Assembly: GCA_030549845.1 (NCBI GenBank)
Contig: JAUQQN010000001.1
Coordinates: forward strand, 120,001 to 152,000
Direction of reading: 5' to 3'
DNA from: Patescibacteria group bacterium
GTDB taxonomy: Bacteria; Patescibacteriota; Minisyncoccia; UBA6257; HR35
DNA length: 32,000 bases
The notes beneath the pieces were generated by a model. It saw only the letters and a program-made list of their open reading frames with translations, did not search any database and was not told the DNA's origin. The position numbers were made by a program, and so were the translations under genes. Positions 1 through 7,768 of this stretch are shown in pieces. Within the stretch, counting starts at the first letter, position 1; every line of letters begins with the position of its first letter.

Positions 1-227
1 GCTCTATTATACCCGCCTAGCATTACCATAAATGCACCAACCAAAGACGCGATTGCTGCTATCCAATAACCGAAAATTAACATCGCTCTTATTACTCTTT
101 GTAATGTTTTGACAAATTCGCCCCATGTACAGTCTAATCCTTTACATTTAACTATAGGAATAGTATCAGTTTGTGCAAATGTTAAGCTTATTAAAAAAAT
201 TAAAAACAAAAAGTAAAATTTTTTCAT
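1..227 (-). CDS. Small secreted/membrane protein, TrbC/VirB2-like (T4SS-pilin-like) layout suspected; C-terminus runs off the window
   Basis: The reverse complement reads ATG (227-225) then MKKFYFLFLIFLISLTFAQTDTIPIVKCKGLDCTWGEFVKTLQRVIRAMLIFGYWIAAIASLVGAFMVMLGGYNR... This gives a signal peptide, a Cys pair and a long hydrophobic helix ending in GG. It is absent from the ORF track because it is truncated. The start overlaps the upstream stop (ATGA at 224-227). Confidence 0.4.
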   Translation of the reverse strand, partial: MKKFYFLFLIFLISLTFAQTDTIPIVKCKGLDCTWGEFVKTLQRVIRAMLIFGYWIAAIASLVGAFMVMLGGYNR

Positions 228-1447
228 TTTATAAAAATTTTATTAAATTGCAATCTTGTTAAAATTAACCTTGCATTTTCTCGATCTTCGAGCCATTTAT
301 CAACAATATCTTTAAAAATACCTTCTGCATAATTTCTATTAAATTCAGTAAAATCACTACCGATTAGCAAATCTTTTGCTATTTCTCTTTTTTCTCCACT
401 TAGTTCATCAAAGACATCTTTTCTTATAGGAAGCAAGTTAAAATCTCTTATAAAGTCTTTATAATTTTCATCTAAGATTTCTAATGCCTTCCATGCGAAT
501 TTATGTTTCCCTTGTTTTGGTACTGCAAAGCTATAAATTTTTAAATAATTTGTTTGATCTAGTCTACCTGAAAATTTAGGAAATTCAGTTATTCTAAACT
601 TAAGCCTTCTATTTATTTCTTTAATTTTTTCAGTGTCAGAATAAAATCCGAAGGCAAAAACAACCTTACCTCTTCCAAATTCTTCTAAAGAATTACTATT
701 TCCGTAATCCCAAGAATATAAATTTGAGGTTTTATCAGCAAACTGGGTATAGAATTCTACAGTTTTAGAAAAATTATTTAAATTTTTATATCCTTTCCCA
801 TGTAAATTTCTGTGTATGGTTATAAATATTTCATAAAAATTCTCAATATTATTTGATCTACCTAAAGCTACAGGAATTATATTTTTTAAAAATGGATTTA
901 CTTTAATACCTTGTATTGTTTTTATCAATTCTTCAAATGTTCTAGGTGGGTTTATTATTCCCAAAATATCCAAAAATTCTTCATTAGAGAACATAACAAG
1001 AGTATCAAAACTTACTGGATAGTTCAAAAGCCTATCAGAAAGAACTAAACTTTCTTCAGGATATTTTTCTTTCTTTATCTTTTCACCTGAGTATTCTTTA
1101 AAAATATTTTTGTTTTCTTTTATAAAATTGTTATCAACATAGACTAAATCTGGTATATTCCCTGCTGCTATTTCTTTCAAAAGATTTTCTCTTATATATT
1201 CAACAGGTTTTTTTATTGTTTCTACTTTTATACAATAAGCTGAAAAAATTTTTTGTATATTTGTGAATTTTTGATCAGAAAAAGGAGATAAAATTCTTAA
1301 AGTTATATTATAGCAAGGAAGAGTTTGTTTTTTAGGCTTTGAAATTTTTCCTAGAACATAGAAAGAAAAAATTATCACAAAAATTACTGCACCAAGAGCT
1401 ATTTGAGCGATTCTATTATTTTTTATTCTTTCAATTATCTCCTCCAT
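224..1447 (-). CDS. Membrane-anchored extracellular solute-binding-protein-like protein (family 1 SBP fold suspected)
   Basis: 407-aa ORF with an N-terminal TM helix (IALGAVIFVIIFSFYVL). SBP-like motifs are AAGNIPDLVYVDNNF, PRTFEELIKT and GKVVFAFGFYSD. No adjacent permease or ATPase genes. Confidence 0.5.
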   Translation of the reverse strand: MEEIIERIKNNRIAQIALGAVIFVIIFSFYVLGKISKPKKQTLPCYNITLRILSPFSDQKFTNIQKIFSAYCIKVETIKKPVEYIRENLLKEIAAGNIPDLVYVDNNFIKENKNIFKEYSGEKIKKEKYPEESLVLSDRLLNYPVSFDTLVMFSNEEFLDILGIINPPRTFEELIKTIQGIKVNPFLKNIIPVALGRSNNIENFYEIFITIHRNLHGKGYKNLNNFSKTVEFYTQFADKTSNLYSWDYGNSNSLEEFGRGKVVFAFGFYSDTEKIKEINRRLKFRITEFPKFSGRLDQTNYLKIYSFAVPKQGKHKFAWKALEILDENYKDFIRDFNLLPIRKDVFDELSGEKREIAKDLLIGSDFTEFNRNYAEGIFKDIVDKWLEDRENARLILTRLQFNKIFIK

Positions 1448-1467
1448 CTAATTTATTTTACAACTAT

Positions 1468-1983
1468 TTATTTTACAACTACTAATAAATAATAATTTTC
1501 TCCTATAAATTTTTGGAATTCAATTTTTTTGTTTTTAACATGAAAATACGCTCTTATAGCCTCTAAGCTTACTGGAGTTCCGTAAAGAAATGGTAATTTC
1601 TTAGTAGGTTCTAAGATTATCAAATATCCCCCATTTTTCAAAACCCTTAAAGCTTCATCTAAAATTTCTTCATAATTTTCATTTTGGAATAATAGTTGGC
1701 TTATAAACACAACATCAAAAAAATCATTTTCATAAGGCAACTTTTTTACATCTCCTTTATAAAATACAACATTATCTAAACCCAAAATTTCTGTTAATTC
1801 TTTTGCTTCATTTATTGCATCTTCTAAAATATCAATGGCATAAACCTTTCCATATTCAACTTTTTTAGAAAGAAGGCTTGTAAAATATCCTCCGCCACAT
1901 CCCAACTCTGCAACTTTATCACCTTTTTTGATATAGAACCTTGAAGAAAGTTCTTCGATTATCTCTTTTGGATTCAAAAACAT
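1468..1983 (-). CDS. Class I SAM-dependent methyltransferase
   Basis: 171 aa. Motif I is VAELGCGGGYFT, with an acidic post-I residue (YAIDILE) and motif LKNGGYLIILEP. Confidence 0.8.
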   Translation of the reverse strand: MFLNPKEIIEELSSRFYIKKGDKVAELGCGGGYFTSLLSKKVEYGKVYAIDILEDAINEAKELTEILGLDNVVFYKGDVKKLPYENDFFDVVFISQLLFQNENYEEILDEALRVLKNGGYLIILEPTKKLPFLYGTPVSLEAIRAYFHVKNKKIEFQKFIGENYYLLVVVK

Positions 1984-1990
1984 TATTAAA

Positions 1991-3337
1991 TTATAAAACT
2001 ATTTCTTCATTTTCTTTAGGAATATAAGCTTTTATTCCTAAATAATCTTCTATTTTGCTCTTTAAAATAATTTTTGGATTTTCTTCTCCCTGAACTAAAA
2101 ATACTTTTTTAATATTTTTCCTTTGAGGATATACCCATTCTAATAATCCTTTTTGATCTTTATGCCCAGAATAACTTAATAATTTTTCAATTTTAGCTTT
2201 TACATAGTATTTTTTTCTTTCTATTTCCACCTCTTTTTCTCCTTCTAATAATTTTCTTCCTAAAGAACCTTCTGGTTGATACCCTACAAATAGAATTGTC
2301 GTATTCTCTTTTTCAATGAATCTTTTAATAATCCCCAAGATTCTGCCGCCTTGAAGCATTCCTGAGCTTGAAATAATTATTTTAGGATTAGGCTCTTCAA
2401 TTATTTTTCTTTCATCTTCTTCATCATAAATTATTTTTAAATAGCTTAAGCGTGAATAATCTTTTTTTACAAAAAAATTTCTTGCCTCTTCATTTAAAAA
2501 TTCTGGATATTTAGAATAAATATTTAATATCCTTATGGAAAGAGGACTATCTAAAAATATTCTTACTTCTGGGACCTTTCTATCTTCAATTAAATCTACT
2601 ATATCAAAAAGTACTTCTTGAGATCTTTCTAATGAAAAAGCCGGAATTATCAAAACTCTTTCTTCTTTTAGAGTCTCTTCAATTATATCTTCTAGTATAT
2701 CCTTTCTTTTTTCTACATCGATATGCAATTTATCTCCATAGGTAGCTTCCAAAACTAAATAATCTGTAAATGGAAGATCTTCTGTTTTATTCAAAAGTGG
2801 ATCTATATTACCTAAGTCGCCAGAAAATACAATAGAATTATTTCTATCTGAAATTTTTATAAAAGCTGAACCTAGAATATGACCAGCATCAAAAAATTCG
2901 ATCTCTAAATCATCAAAATTTAATTTTTCATGATAGTTAATACCTTCCCATCTATTTAAAATCTTTTCTACATTTTCGTCGTTATAAATATTGCCTATAT
3001 CTAAATCCCAATCTGAGCATTTTTCTTTTATTACTTTGTTGGCATCTAAAAGTATTTCTTTTGCTAATTCTTTTGTAGGCAAAGTGCTATAGATATAACC
3101 CCTAAAACCTTCATAAATTAATTTTGGCAATCTCCCTATATGATCTAAATGAGCATGAGTAATAAAAACAAACTTTATTTCTTTAGGGTTATATGAAAAT
3201 GGTTCAAAATTTTCTAATTCGCATACATTTTCTCTTTGAATTAAACCACAATCTACTAGAAATTTTGATTTTTCTACCTCAACCAAGTAATTTGCTCCTG
3301 TTACTGTATTTATCCCTCCGCAAAATTTTATTTGCAT
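1991..3337 (-). CDS. MBL-fold metallo-hydrolase, beta-CASP (CPSF/RNase J-like) RNA-metabolising nuclease
   Basis: 448 aa. Contains the HAHLDH motif, later D/H motifs (FDAGHILGS, SGDLGN), and a C-terminal LSYSGHKDQKGLLEW that is typical of beta-CASP motif C. Confidence 0.8.
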   Translation of the reverse strand: MQIKFCGGINTVTGANYLVEVEKSKFLVDCGLIQRENVCELENFEPFSYNPKEIKFVFITHAHLDHIGRLPKLIYEGFRGYIYSTLPTKELAKEILLDANKVIKEKCSDWDLDIGNIYNDENVEKILNRWEGINYHEKLNFDDLEIEFFDAGHILGSAFIKISDRNNSIVFSGDLGNIDPLLNKTEDLPFTDYLVLEATYGDKLHIDVEKRKDILEDIIEETLKEERVLIIPAFSLERSQEVLFDIVDLIEDRKVPEVRIFLDSPLSIRILNIYSKYPEFLNEEARNFFVKKDYSRLSYLKIIYDEEDERKIIEEPNPKIIISSSGMLQGGRILGIIKRFIEKENTTILFVGYQPEGSLGRKLLEGEKEVEIERKKYYVKAKIEKLLSYSGHKDQKGLLEWVYPQRKNIKKVFLVQGEENPKIILKSKIEDYLGIKAYIPKENEEIVL

Positions 3338-3370
3338 TCTAGATTTTAATTATAAATTATGATATAATTG

Positions 3371-3448
3371 AAGTAGCCCTCCATTGGCACCCCAGCCTTA
3401 CCGCCGTTTTTGGGGCAGGTTCTCCTCCCGCCTGCCCCTCTTTTTTTT
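3371..3448 (+). ncRNA. Candidate small RNA 1 (C-rich body plus intrinsic terminator); 5' end approximate
   Basis: -10 TATAAT at 3363-3368, with a weak -35 TAGATT at 3340-3345. AAGTAGC at 3371-3377. GC/C-rich body CCCTCCATTGGCACCCCAGCCTTACCGCCG. Hairpin GGGGCAGG (3412-3419) / CCTGCCCC (3431-3438), then TC plus T8 (to 3448). No ATG-initiated ORF. Confidence 0.4.
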
Positions 3449-3480
3449 ATTGCTCAACATAAAATTTATTTATAATAAGC

Positions 3481-3506
3481 TTGACAATAAATTTTTATGG
3501 TATAAT
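3481..3506 (+). promoter_or_regulatory. Promoter of candidate sRNA 2 (extended -10)
   Basis: TTGACA at 3481-3486 and TGgTATAAT at 3498-3506. The -35 spacing is only 14 nt, so the TG-extended -10 is probably the functional element. Confidence 0.45.
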
Positions 3507-3508
3507 TA

Positions 3509-3571
3509 AAGTAGCACCAGTCGTCACCGTCCTTGTTCTAAGGGGCAGGTTTTCTTGCCTGCCCCTTTTTT
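3509..3571 (+). ncRNA. Candidate small RNA 2 (paralog of sRNA 1); 5' end approximate
   Basis: AAGTAGC at 3509-3515, at the same 2-nt offset from the -10 as in sRNA 1. Body ACCAGTCGTCACCGTCCTTGTTCTAA. Hairpin GGGGCAGG (3542-3549) / CCTGCCCC (3558-3565), then T6. The T-run follows the hairpin only on the + strand. Confidence 0.4.
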
Positions 3572-3573
3572 AT

Positions 3574-4164
3574 TTACAAGCTTAACATCAAATTAAGGAG
3601 AAAATCTACAATATTAAAAATAATTCCTGGAAACATCAGAATTAATAAAAAAATTAAAAGAAAACCAAATTGTTCTAAAAAAATCATAGTTTCTGTACCA
3701 ATATTTTGTAAAAATATTTTTGAACCATCAAGCGGAGGAATAGGAATAAGATTGAAAACTGCTAATATAAGATTTATTCTAATCCCTAATATCATCAAAT
3801 TAGCAATGTCTGTTAGATTTTGGATAACAAAAAATTTATATAAAAATAGAAAAAATAAAGCAAGAAATATGTTAGTTAAAGGACCAGCTATGGCAACTTT
3901 TACTGTATCTTTTTTAGGGTTTTCAAAATTTAATGGATTTATAGGCACAGGCTTAGCCCAACCAATTCCTACTCCGAAAAAATAAATAGATAAAATTGGA
4001 AGCAAAATAGAACCAATAGGGTCTAAATGAGCTAAAGGGTTTAATGTTAATCTACCTGCTATTTTTGGAGTATAATCTCCTAATTTTTCAGCAACATAAC
4101 CATGAGCTAACTCATGTAACACTATAGAATAAAGCAATATTAAAATGGCAATTAAAATTTCCAT
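3574..4164 (-). CDS. Site-2 protease family (M50) zinc metalloprotease
   Basis: 196 aa, polytopic membrane protein. HELAHG zinc motif near the N-terminus, and NLIPIPPLDGSKI (the second conserved LDG motif of M50). Confidence 0.8.
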   Translation of the reverse strand: MEILIAILILLYSIVLHELAHGYVAEKLGDYTPKIAGRLTLNPLAHLDPIGSILLPILSIYFFGVGIGWAKPVPINPLNFENPKKDTVKVAIAGPLTNIFLALFFLFLYKFFVIQNLTDIANLMILGIRINLILAVFNLIPIPPLDGSKIFLQNIGTETMIFLEQFGFLLIFLLILMFPGIIFNIVDFLLNLMLSL

Positions 4165-4217
4165 TTCTTAATTATACTTTTAATCACATTAAAGTAAATT
4201 TAAATTAATTTTTAATA

Positions 4218-5063
4218 TCAGCTTATTTCAAGTATGAGATCTTTAAGTTCTTCATTTAATTTAATTTTTAATTTTCCAGCAATTTCTTCTATTAATAAAA
4301 ACTTACATTTAAAAGAGATAAAAATTTCAACAAAATTTTCTCCAAAATTTAATTCTTTTTCTATTTTCAAATCTTGAACTTGTTGATTTTCTTCTTGAAA
4401 TTTTCCTAGAATATTCTCAATTTTTTCTAAAAGTTCATTTAATTTTGCTTCTTTCTTTAATTTTATCTTTATGAGCCTTTTCTTTCCTTCTCTACTTAAA
4501 TTTATTATTGTGTTAATTTGCGAATTAGGTATAAATATCAAATTTCTTTCCCTATCTCTTAAAACCAGATGTCTTAAGTTAAATTCTATTACTTTTCCAA
4601 CAAAAGTATTATTTATATTTACCCATTCTCCTTTCCTTATTTGATCTTCAAAAATTAAAAGCCAGCCTTTTATTATGTCTTGAATTATTCCTTGAAAAAT
4701 AAAAACCACAGCACCACCTATTACGCCAGCACCAGTAATTATTGGGATTAATTTTATTTTAAATTCATTTAGGATAAGCAAAAACAGAACGAAGATCAAG
4801 ATAACTCTTAAAATAGAATTAAAAACTGAAGAGAGGGTTATTACTCTATCTAAATTTACTTTTTCATTTTTTAGTTTGATTCTTAGTTTTATTAATTGCG
4901 TTATAAAATTTTTGGCAAATTTATAAAGAAAATATAAAATTAATGCATAAATCAAAATTTTTATGAAAATATCAAGGTTTTCATTGAAATAATCTTTAAT
5001 AGAAAGCAAAATGTTATTGAAAGAATAAATAAAATCCTTATAAAAATTTTTTACTAAATTCAT
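4218..5063 (-). CDS. Small-conductance mechanosensitive channel (MscS family)
   Basis: 281 aa with three TM helices, followed by an MscS-type beta domain: GEWVNINNTFVGKVIEFNLRHLVLRDRERNLIFIPNSQI. Confidence 0.75.
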   Translation of the reverse strand: MNLVKNFYKDFIYSFNNILLSIKDYFNENLDIFIKILIYALILYFLYKFAKNFITQLIKLRIKLKNEKVNLDRVITLSSVFNSILRVILIFVLFLLILNEFKIKLIPIITGAGVIGGAVVFIFQGIIQDIIKGWLLIFEDQIRKGEWVNINNTFVGKVIEFNLRHLVLRDRERNLIFIPNSQINTIINLSREGKKRLIKIKLKKEAKLNELLEKIENILGKFQEENQQVQDLKIEKELNFGENFVEIFISFKCKFLLIEEIAGKLKIKLNEELKDLILEIS

Positions 5064-5078
5064 TAGTTAGATTATAAA

Positions 5079-6134
5079 TTAAAAAATTTTATTCTGCTTA
5101 CTTATTTTTATTGCTTTCTCTAAAATCTTTATTGTCTCATCATAAGTTTTTCTATCAACAGGGTAAGGAGTTCCATCTTTACCTCCGTGAGCGAAAGTGT
5201 ATCTTGCAGGATCAATTTTTGAAACAGGTTTATTATAAATTAATTCTCCAACTAATGATAAGGCTCTTATAATTTTTGGTCCTACTCCTTCAATTAATAA
5301 AAGATCTTCTATAGTTTTTGGTTCTAAGAAACTTGCTTTTTCTATTGTTTTTTTCAATCTATTCAAATCAAATTTTTCATTTAAAACAGGATGATATTTA
5401 AATTCTATATCAGGCAAAAATAAGCTTTTTTGTGGCTTATTCAAATAATTTATATCTTTAATTAAATCTTTTGGAGAATTTATAAGCTCTACAATTAAAT
5501 TTTTATTTTCCAAACTTTCTTTATGAGTTAAATTTAAAACATTCTTAAAAATCTTATCTGAAATAATTCCTGTATGTGGTTCTAATGTTAGATCTTTTCT
5601 ATTTTCTTTGTTCACATACCAATGATATCTTCTTGCAAGACCATAATATGTATTCATTCCTTGTTGAATAACAGCAAAATTTCCTTTTTTAGTTAATATA
5701 AATGAATGATGATAAATAGTAAATCCATCTTGAATCAAAGAGTTATCAATTTTAGCAATTAGCCTTGAATATTTAACATATTTTTCTCCATCAATTCCTA
5801 ATTTTTCAGAAATCCTTATTAACTCTTCAGGGGTTTTCCTTGAAGTTTTCCCTTTCCCTCCACAAACATAAATTCCTAATTCTCTTTCTCTTAAAGCTTC
5901 TTTTAATGCTGCAGTTGTAGTAACTGTTAATCCAGAGGAGTTCCAATCAAAAGCTAATGCACAGCCAAATGCTTGAAACCATACAGGGTCTGAGATTTTT
6001 TTTAAAAATTCTTCTTCTCCAAATTCTTCAATAATAATTTCACTCATAATTCCAGCAAGTTTTTTCATTCTTTCAAATAGCCATTTAGGACATCTTCCGT
6101 AATCTAAAGTGAAAGTAGCAGTGCCAGTTTTCAT
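5079..6134 (-). CDS. DUF763 domain protein (with C-terminal helix-hairpin-helix-like segment)
   Basis: 351 aa. The N-terminus GTATFTLDYGRCPKWLFERM matches my memory of the conserved DUF763 start. LLLIEGVGPKIIRAL is HhH-like. The ATG at 6134-6132 directly abuts the tRNA-Thr 3' end. Confidence 0.65.
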   Translation of the reverse strand: MKTGTATFTLDYGRCPKWLFERMKKLAGIMSEIIIEEFGEEEFLKKISDPVWFQAFGCALAFDWNSSGLTVTTTAALKEALRERELGIYVCGGKGKTSRKTPEELIRISEKLGIDGEKYVKYSRLIAKIDNSLIQDGFTIYHHSFILTKKGNFAVIQQGMNTYYGLARRYHWYVNKENRKDLTLEPHTGIISDKIFKNVLNLTHKESLENKNLIVELINSPKDLIKDINYLNKPQKSLFLPDIEFKYHPVLNEKFDLNRLKKTIEKASFLEPKTIEDLLLIEGVGPKIIRALSLVGELIYNKPVSKIDPARYTFAHGGKDGTPYPVDRKTYDETIKILEKAIKISKQNKIF

Positions 6135-6206
6135 AGCCGGCAGTGGGATTCGAACCCACGACCTGGCGCTTACAAGGCGCCCGCTCTACCACTGAGCTAT
6201 GCCGGC
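6135..6206 (-). tRNA. tRNA-Thr (anticodon UGU), no encoded CCA
   Basis: Hand-folded cloverleaf: GCCGGCA TA GCTC AGTGGTA GAGC G GGCGC CTTGTAA GCGCC AGGTC GTGGG TTCGAAT CCCAC TGCCGGC T (72 nt). The -10 TATAAT lies on the minus strand at 6219-6224. Confidence 0.9.
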
Positions 6207-6251
6207 TAACTAATTAAAATTATAAAAGATAAATTAACGCTACTACACTCT

Positions 6252-7394
6252 TTAAACCAACTTGAATTGGCCCACATACTTCCCAACAGTCTCATCCATC
6301 TTTGCAATTAACCATAGAGGGAAGAAAAAGCCAATTAAGGCAAACCATAAAAGAAATCCAGTGCCAGTTAAAGTTCCTAATAACTGAAGTGTTCCATAAG
6401 TAGCATTAGCGAAGTTTTTAATGGCTTCTTTTATTTTATTTCTAAAAGCTTGAGCAGTTTCTGGGGATACTCTACCGTTTTCTTTTTGTTCTTTTTCTGC
6501 TTTTTCAGTAATACTTAAAAGCTCTTTTAAATCTTTATTTAACTCCTGTAAAATTGTTTCAATTGTTTGTTTATCTAGGTTATTTTCTCGCAGTTGTTTT
6601 CCAAGAAATATTTTAAAATATTCTATCTCTTCTATCTTAAAAGGTTCAATAAATTGACCAATTATTAAATTATAAATCTTTTTAAGCATAGGGAGGCATT
6701 TTTTCGCATTAATATTCACCTCTTTAGCTATGGGGATTTTTTCTTCTAAATATTCCAGATCATTTTTCCTATAATCTGTATTTTCGAATATTATTTCTAT
6801 AACACTACTATAATTTTCCCAAAGTAATTCAAGAGACTTTATAATTTGTTTTTCTGATAAAATATGATCTGTTCCTTTTATATTAATTTTTACTAAATAT
6901 CTTCCCTCTATTAGACTTTTATAAATCCCTTCTAAAAACCTTCCTAGTTTATCACATTTATCCCTTGAACCTGGAGCTTGCAAAAAATTCTGTATTTGAT
7001 CTTTATTTGTTTTAACAAAACCTTCTACAAACTCTTCTATTTCTGAATCAATAGGTATTTCTTTGGGAGCTAATTCATTTTTTATTCCTTCTTTTAAGTC
7101 CGCTTCTAATTGAGTTTTTTGATCTTGTGAAACTTTATCATTTAGACTACTTACGAATTCTTCAATTTTACCTTCAGAAATTTTCTCATATTCCATGGGG
7201 TTTTTAGCAACTTCTTCTAATAAATTTTCTATAAAGCTTTTTATTGTTTTAGAATCTATTGAGCAAACGTTTCCACAAATTTGTGTTACTTTCTTTTCTA
7301 AATTTTGAAAACTTATCCTACTTAAAACTTCTTCAATGTTTTTTTTTGCTTCCCGTGTCTTTCCTTCTACCATTTTCTTTCCAAACTTTATCAT
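6252..7394 (-). CDS. Hypothetical helical/coiled-coil protein with C-terminal TM hairpin (tail-anchored); protein D of unknown operon
   Basis: 380-aa ORF, highly charged and helical. It ends in GTLTGTGFLLWFALIGFFFPLWLIAKM. Its start codon follows the upstream stop codon with no gap. No recognisable catalytic motif. Confidence 0.6.
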   Translation of the reverse strand: MIKFGKKMVEGKTREAKKNIEEVLSRISFQNLEKKVTQICGNVCSIDSKTIKSFIENLLEEVAKNPMEYEKISEGKIEEFVSSLNDKVSQDQKTQLEADLKEGIKNELAPKEIPIDSEIEEFVEGFVKTNKDQIQNFLQAPGSRDKCDKLGRFLEGIYKSLIEGRYLVKINIKGTDHILSEKQIIKSLELLWENYSSVIEIIFENTDYRKNDLEYLEEKIPIAKEVNINAKKCLPMLKKIYNLIIGQFIEPFKIEEIEYFKIFLGKQLRENNLDKQTIETILQELNKDLKELLSITEKAEKEQKENGRVSPETAQAFRNKIKEAIKNFANATYGTLQLLGTLTGTGFLLWFALIGFFFPLWLIAKMDETVGKYVGQFKLV

Positions 7395-7760
7395 TTACTT
7401 GTTTATTGTTTTATTATTTATTAATAAATTTAGAAGTTCATTAAAAGTTTCTTTTATTATTTCATCTATTTCAGGAACCTCTTTTTTTAACACGCCTAAA
7501 AAATTAATTTTTATAAAATCTTCAAGTTCTTTTAAGATAAATTTTTCAAAAGGATATTGGTTATTTACAAATTTTTCGTTAAATTCTTGAAGAAATTTAG
7601 TAGTATCAAGTTTAATATTTGTAATTTTATCTTGTAAAGTTTTTATTTGTTTTTTATCTAATTTTTTAACAAGATTTAAAGATAATTTTTTTAGAAATAT
7701 ATCTGTCAATCTTTCTGCTAATTCTTCTGATGTTTGGAAATTATTTAAAATGTCGTTCAT
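7395..7760 (-). CDS. Hypothetical small helical protein; protein C of unknown operon
   Basis: 121-aa ORF, 8 nt downstream of protein B and abutting protein D. It shares E-[IL]-[ED]-[ED]-F-[VI]-type motifs with protein D (ELEDFIKINF versus EIEEFVEGFV). Confidence 0.55.
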   Translation of the reverse strand: MNDILNNFQTSEELAERLTDIFLKKLSLNLVKKLDKKQIKTLQDKITNIKLDTTKFLQEFNEKFVNNQYPFEKFILKELEDFIKINFLGVLKKEVPEIDEIIKETFNELLNLLINNKTINK

Positions 7761-7768
7761 TTATGAAA

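Noticed and set aside
3338-3573. The GC-rich islands as known structured RNAs (SRP/4.5S RNA, tRNA fragments, riboswitch leader).
   Set aside because: They lack the SRP domain IV motif (the GGAA loop with AGCA symmetric-loop signature), a cloverleaf cannot be drawn, and no downstream same-strand gene exists for a riboswitch or attenuator to control. I therefore treated them as candidate novel sRNAs rather than assigning a known family.
3752-3985. Antisense ORFs from the track that lie inside longer, well-supported genes: 3752-3985, 7259-7444, 7336-7590, 9430-9672, 12459-12710, 14812-15105, 16805-16987, 18814-19011, 22266-22460, 25918-26121, 28321-28512 and 31347-31595.
   Set aside because: Each lies entirely within a longer ORF on the opposite strand that has clear family motifs or operon context. 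Their products are low-complexity, Ser/Phe/Leu/Ile-rich translations typical of the complement of AT-rich coding DNA.
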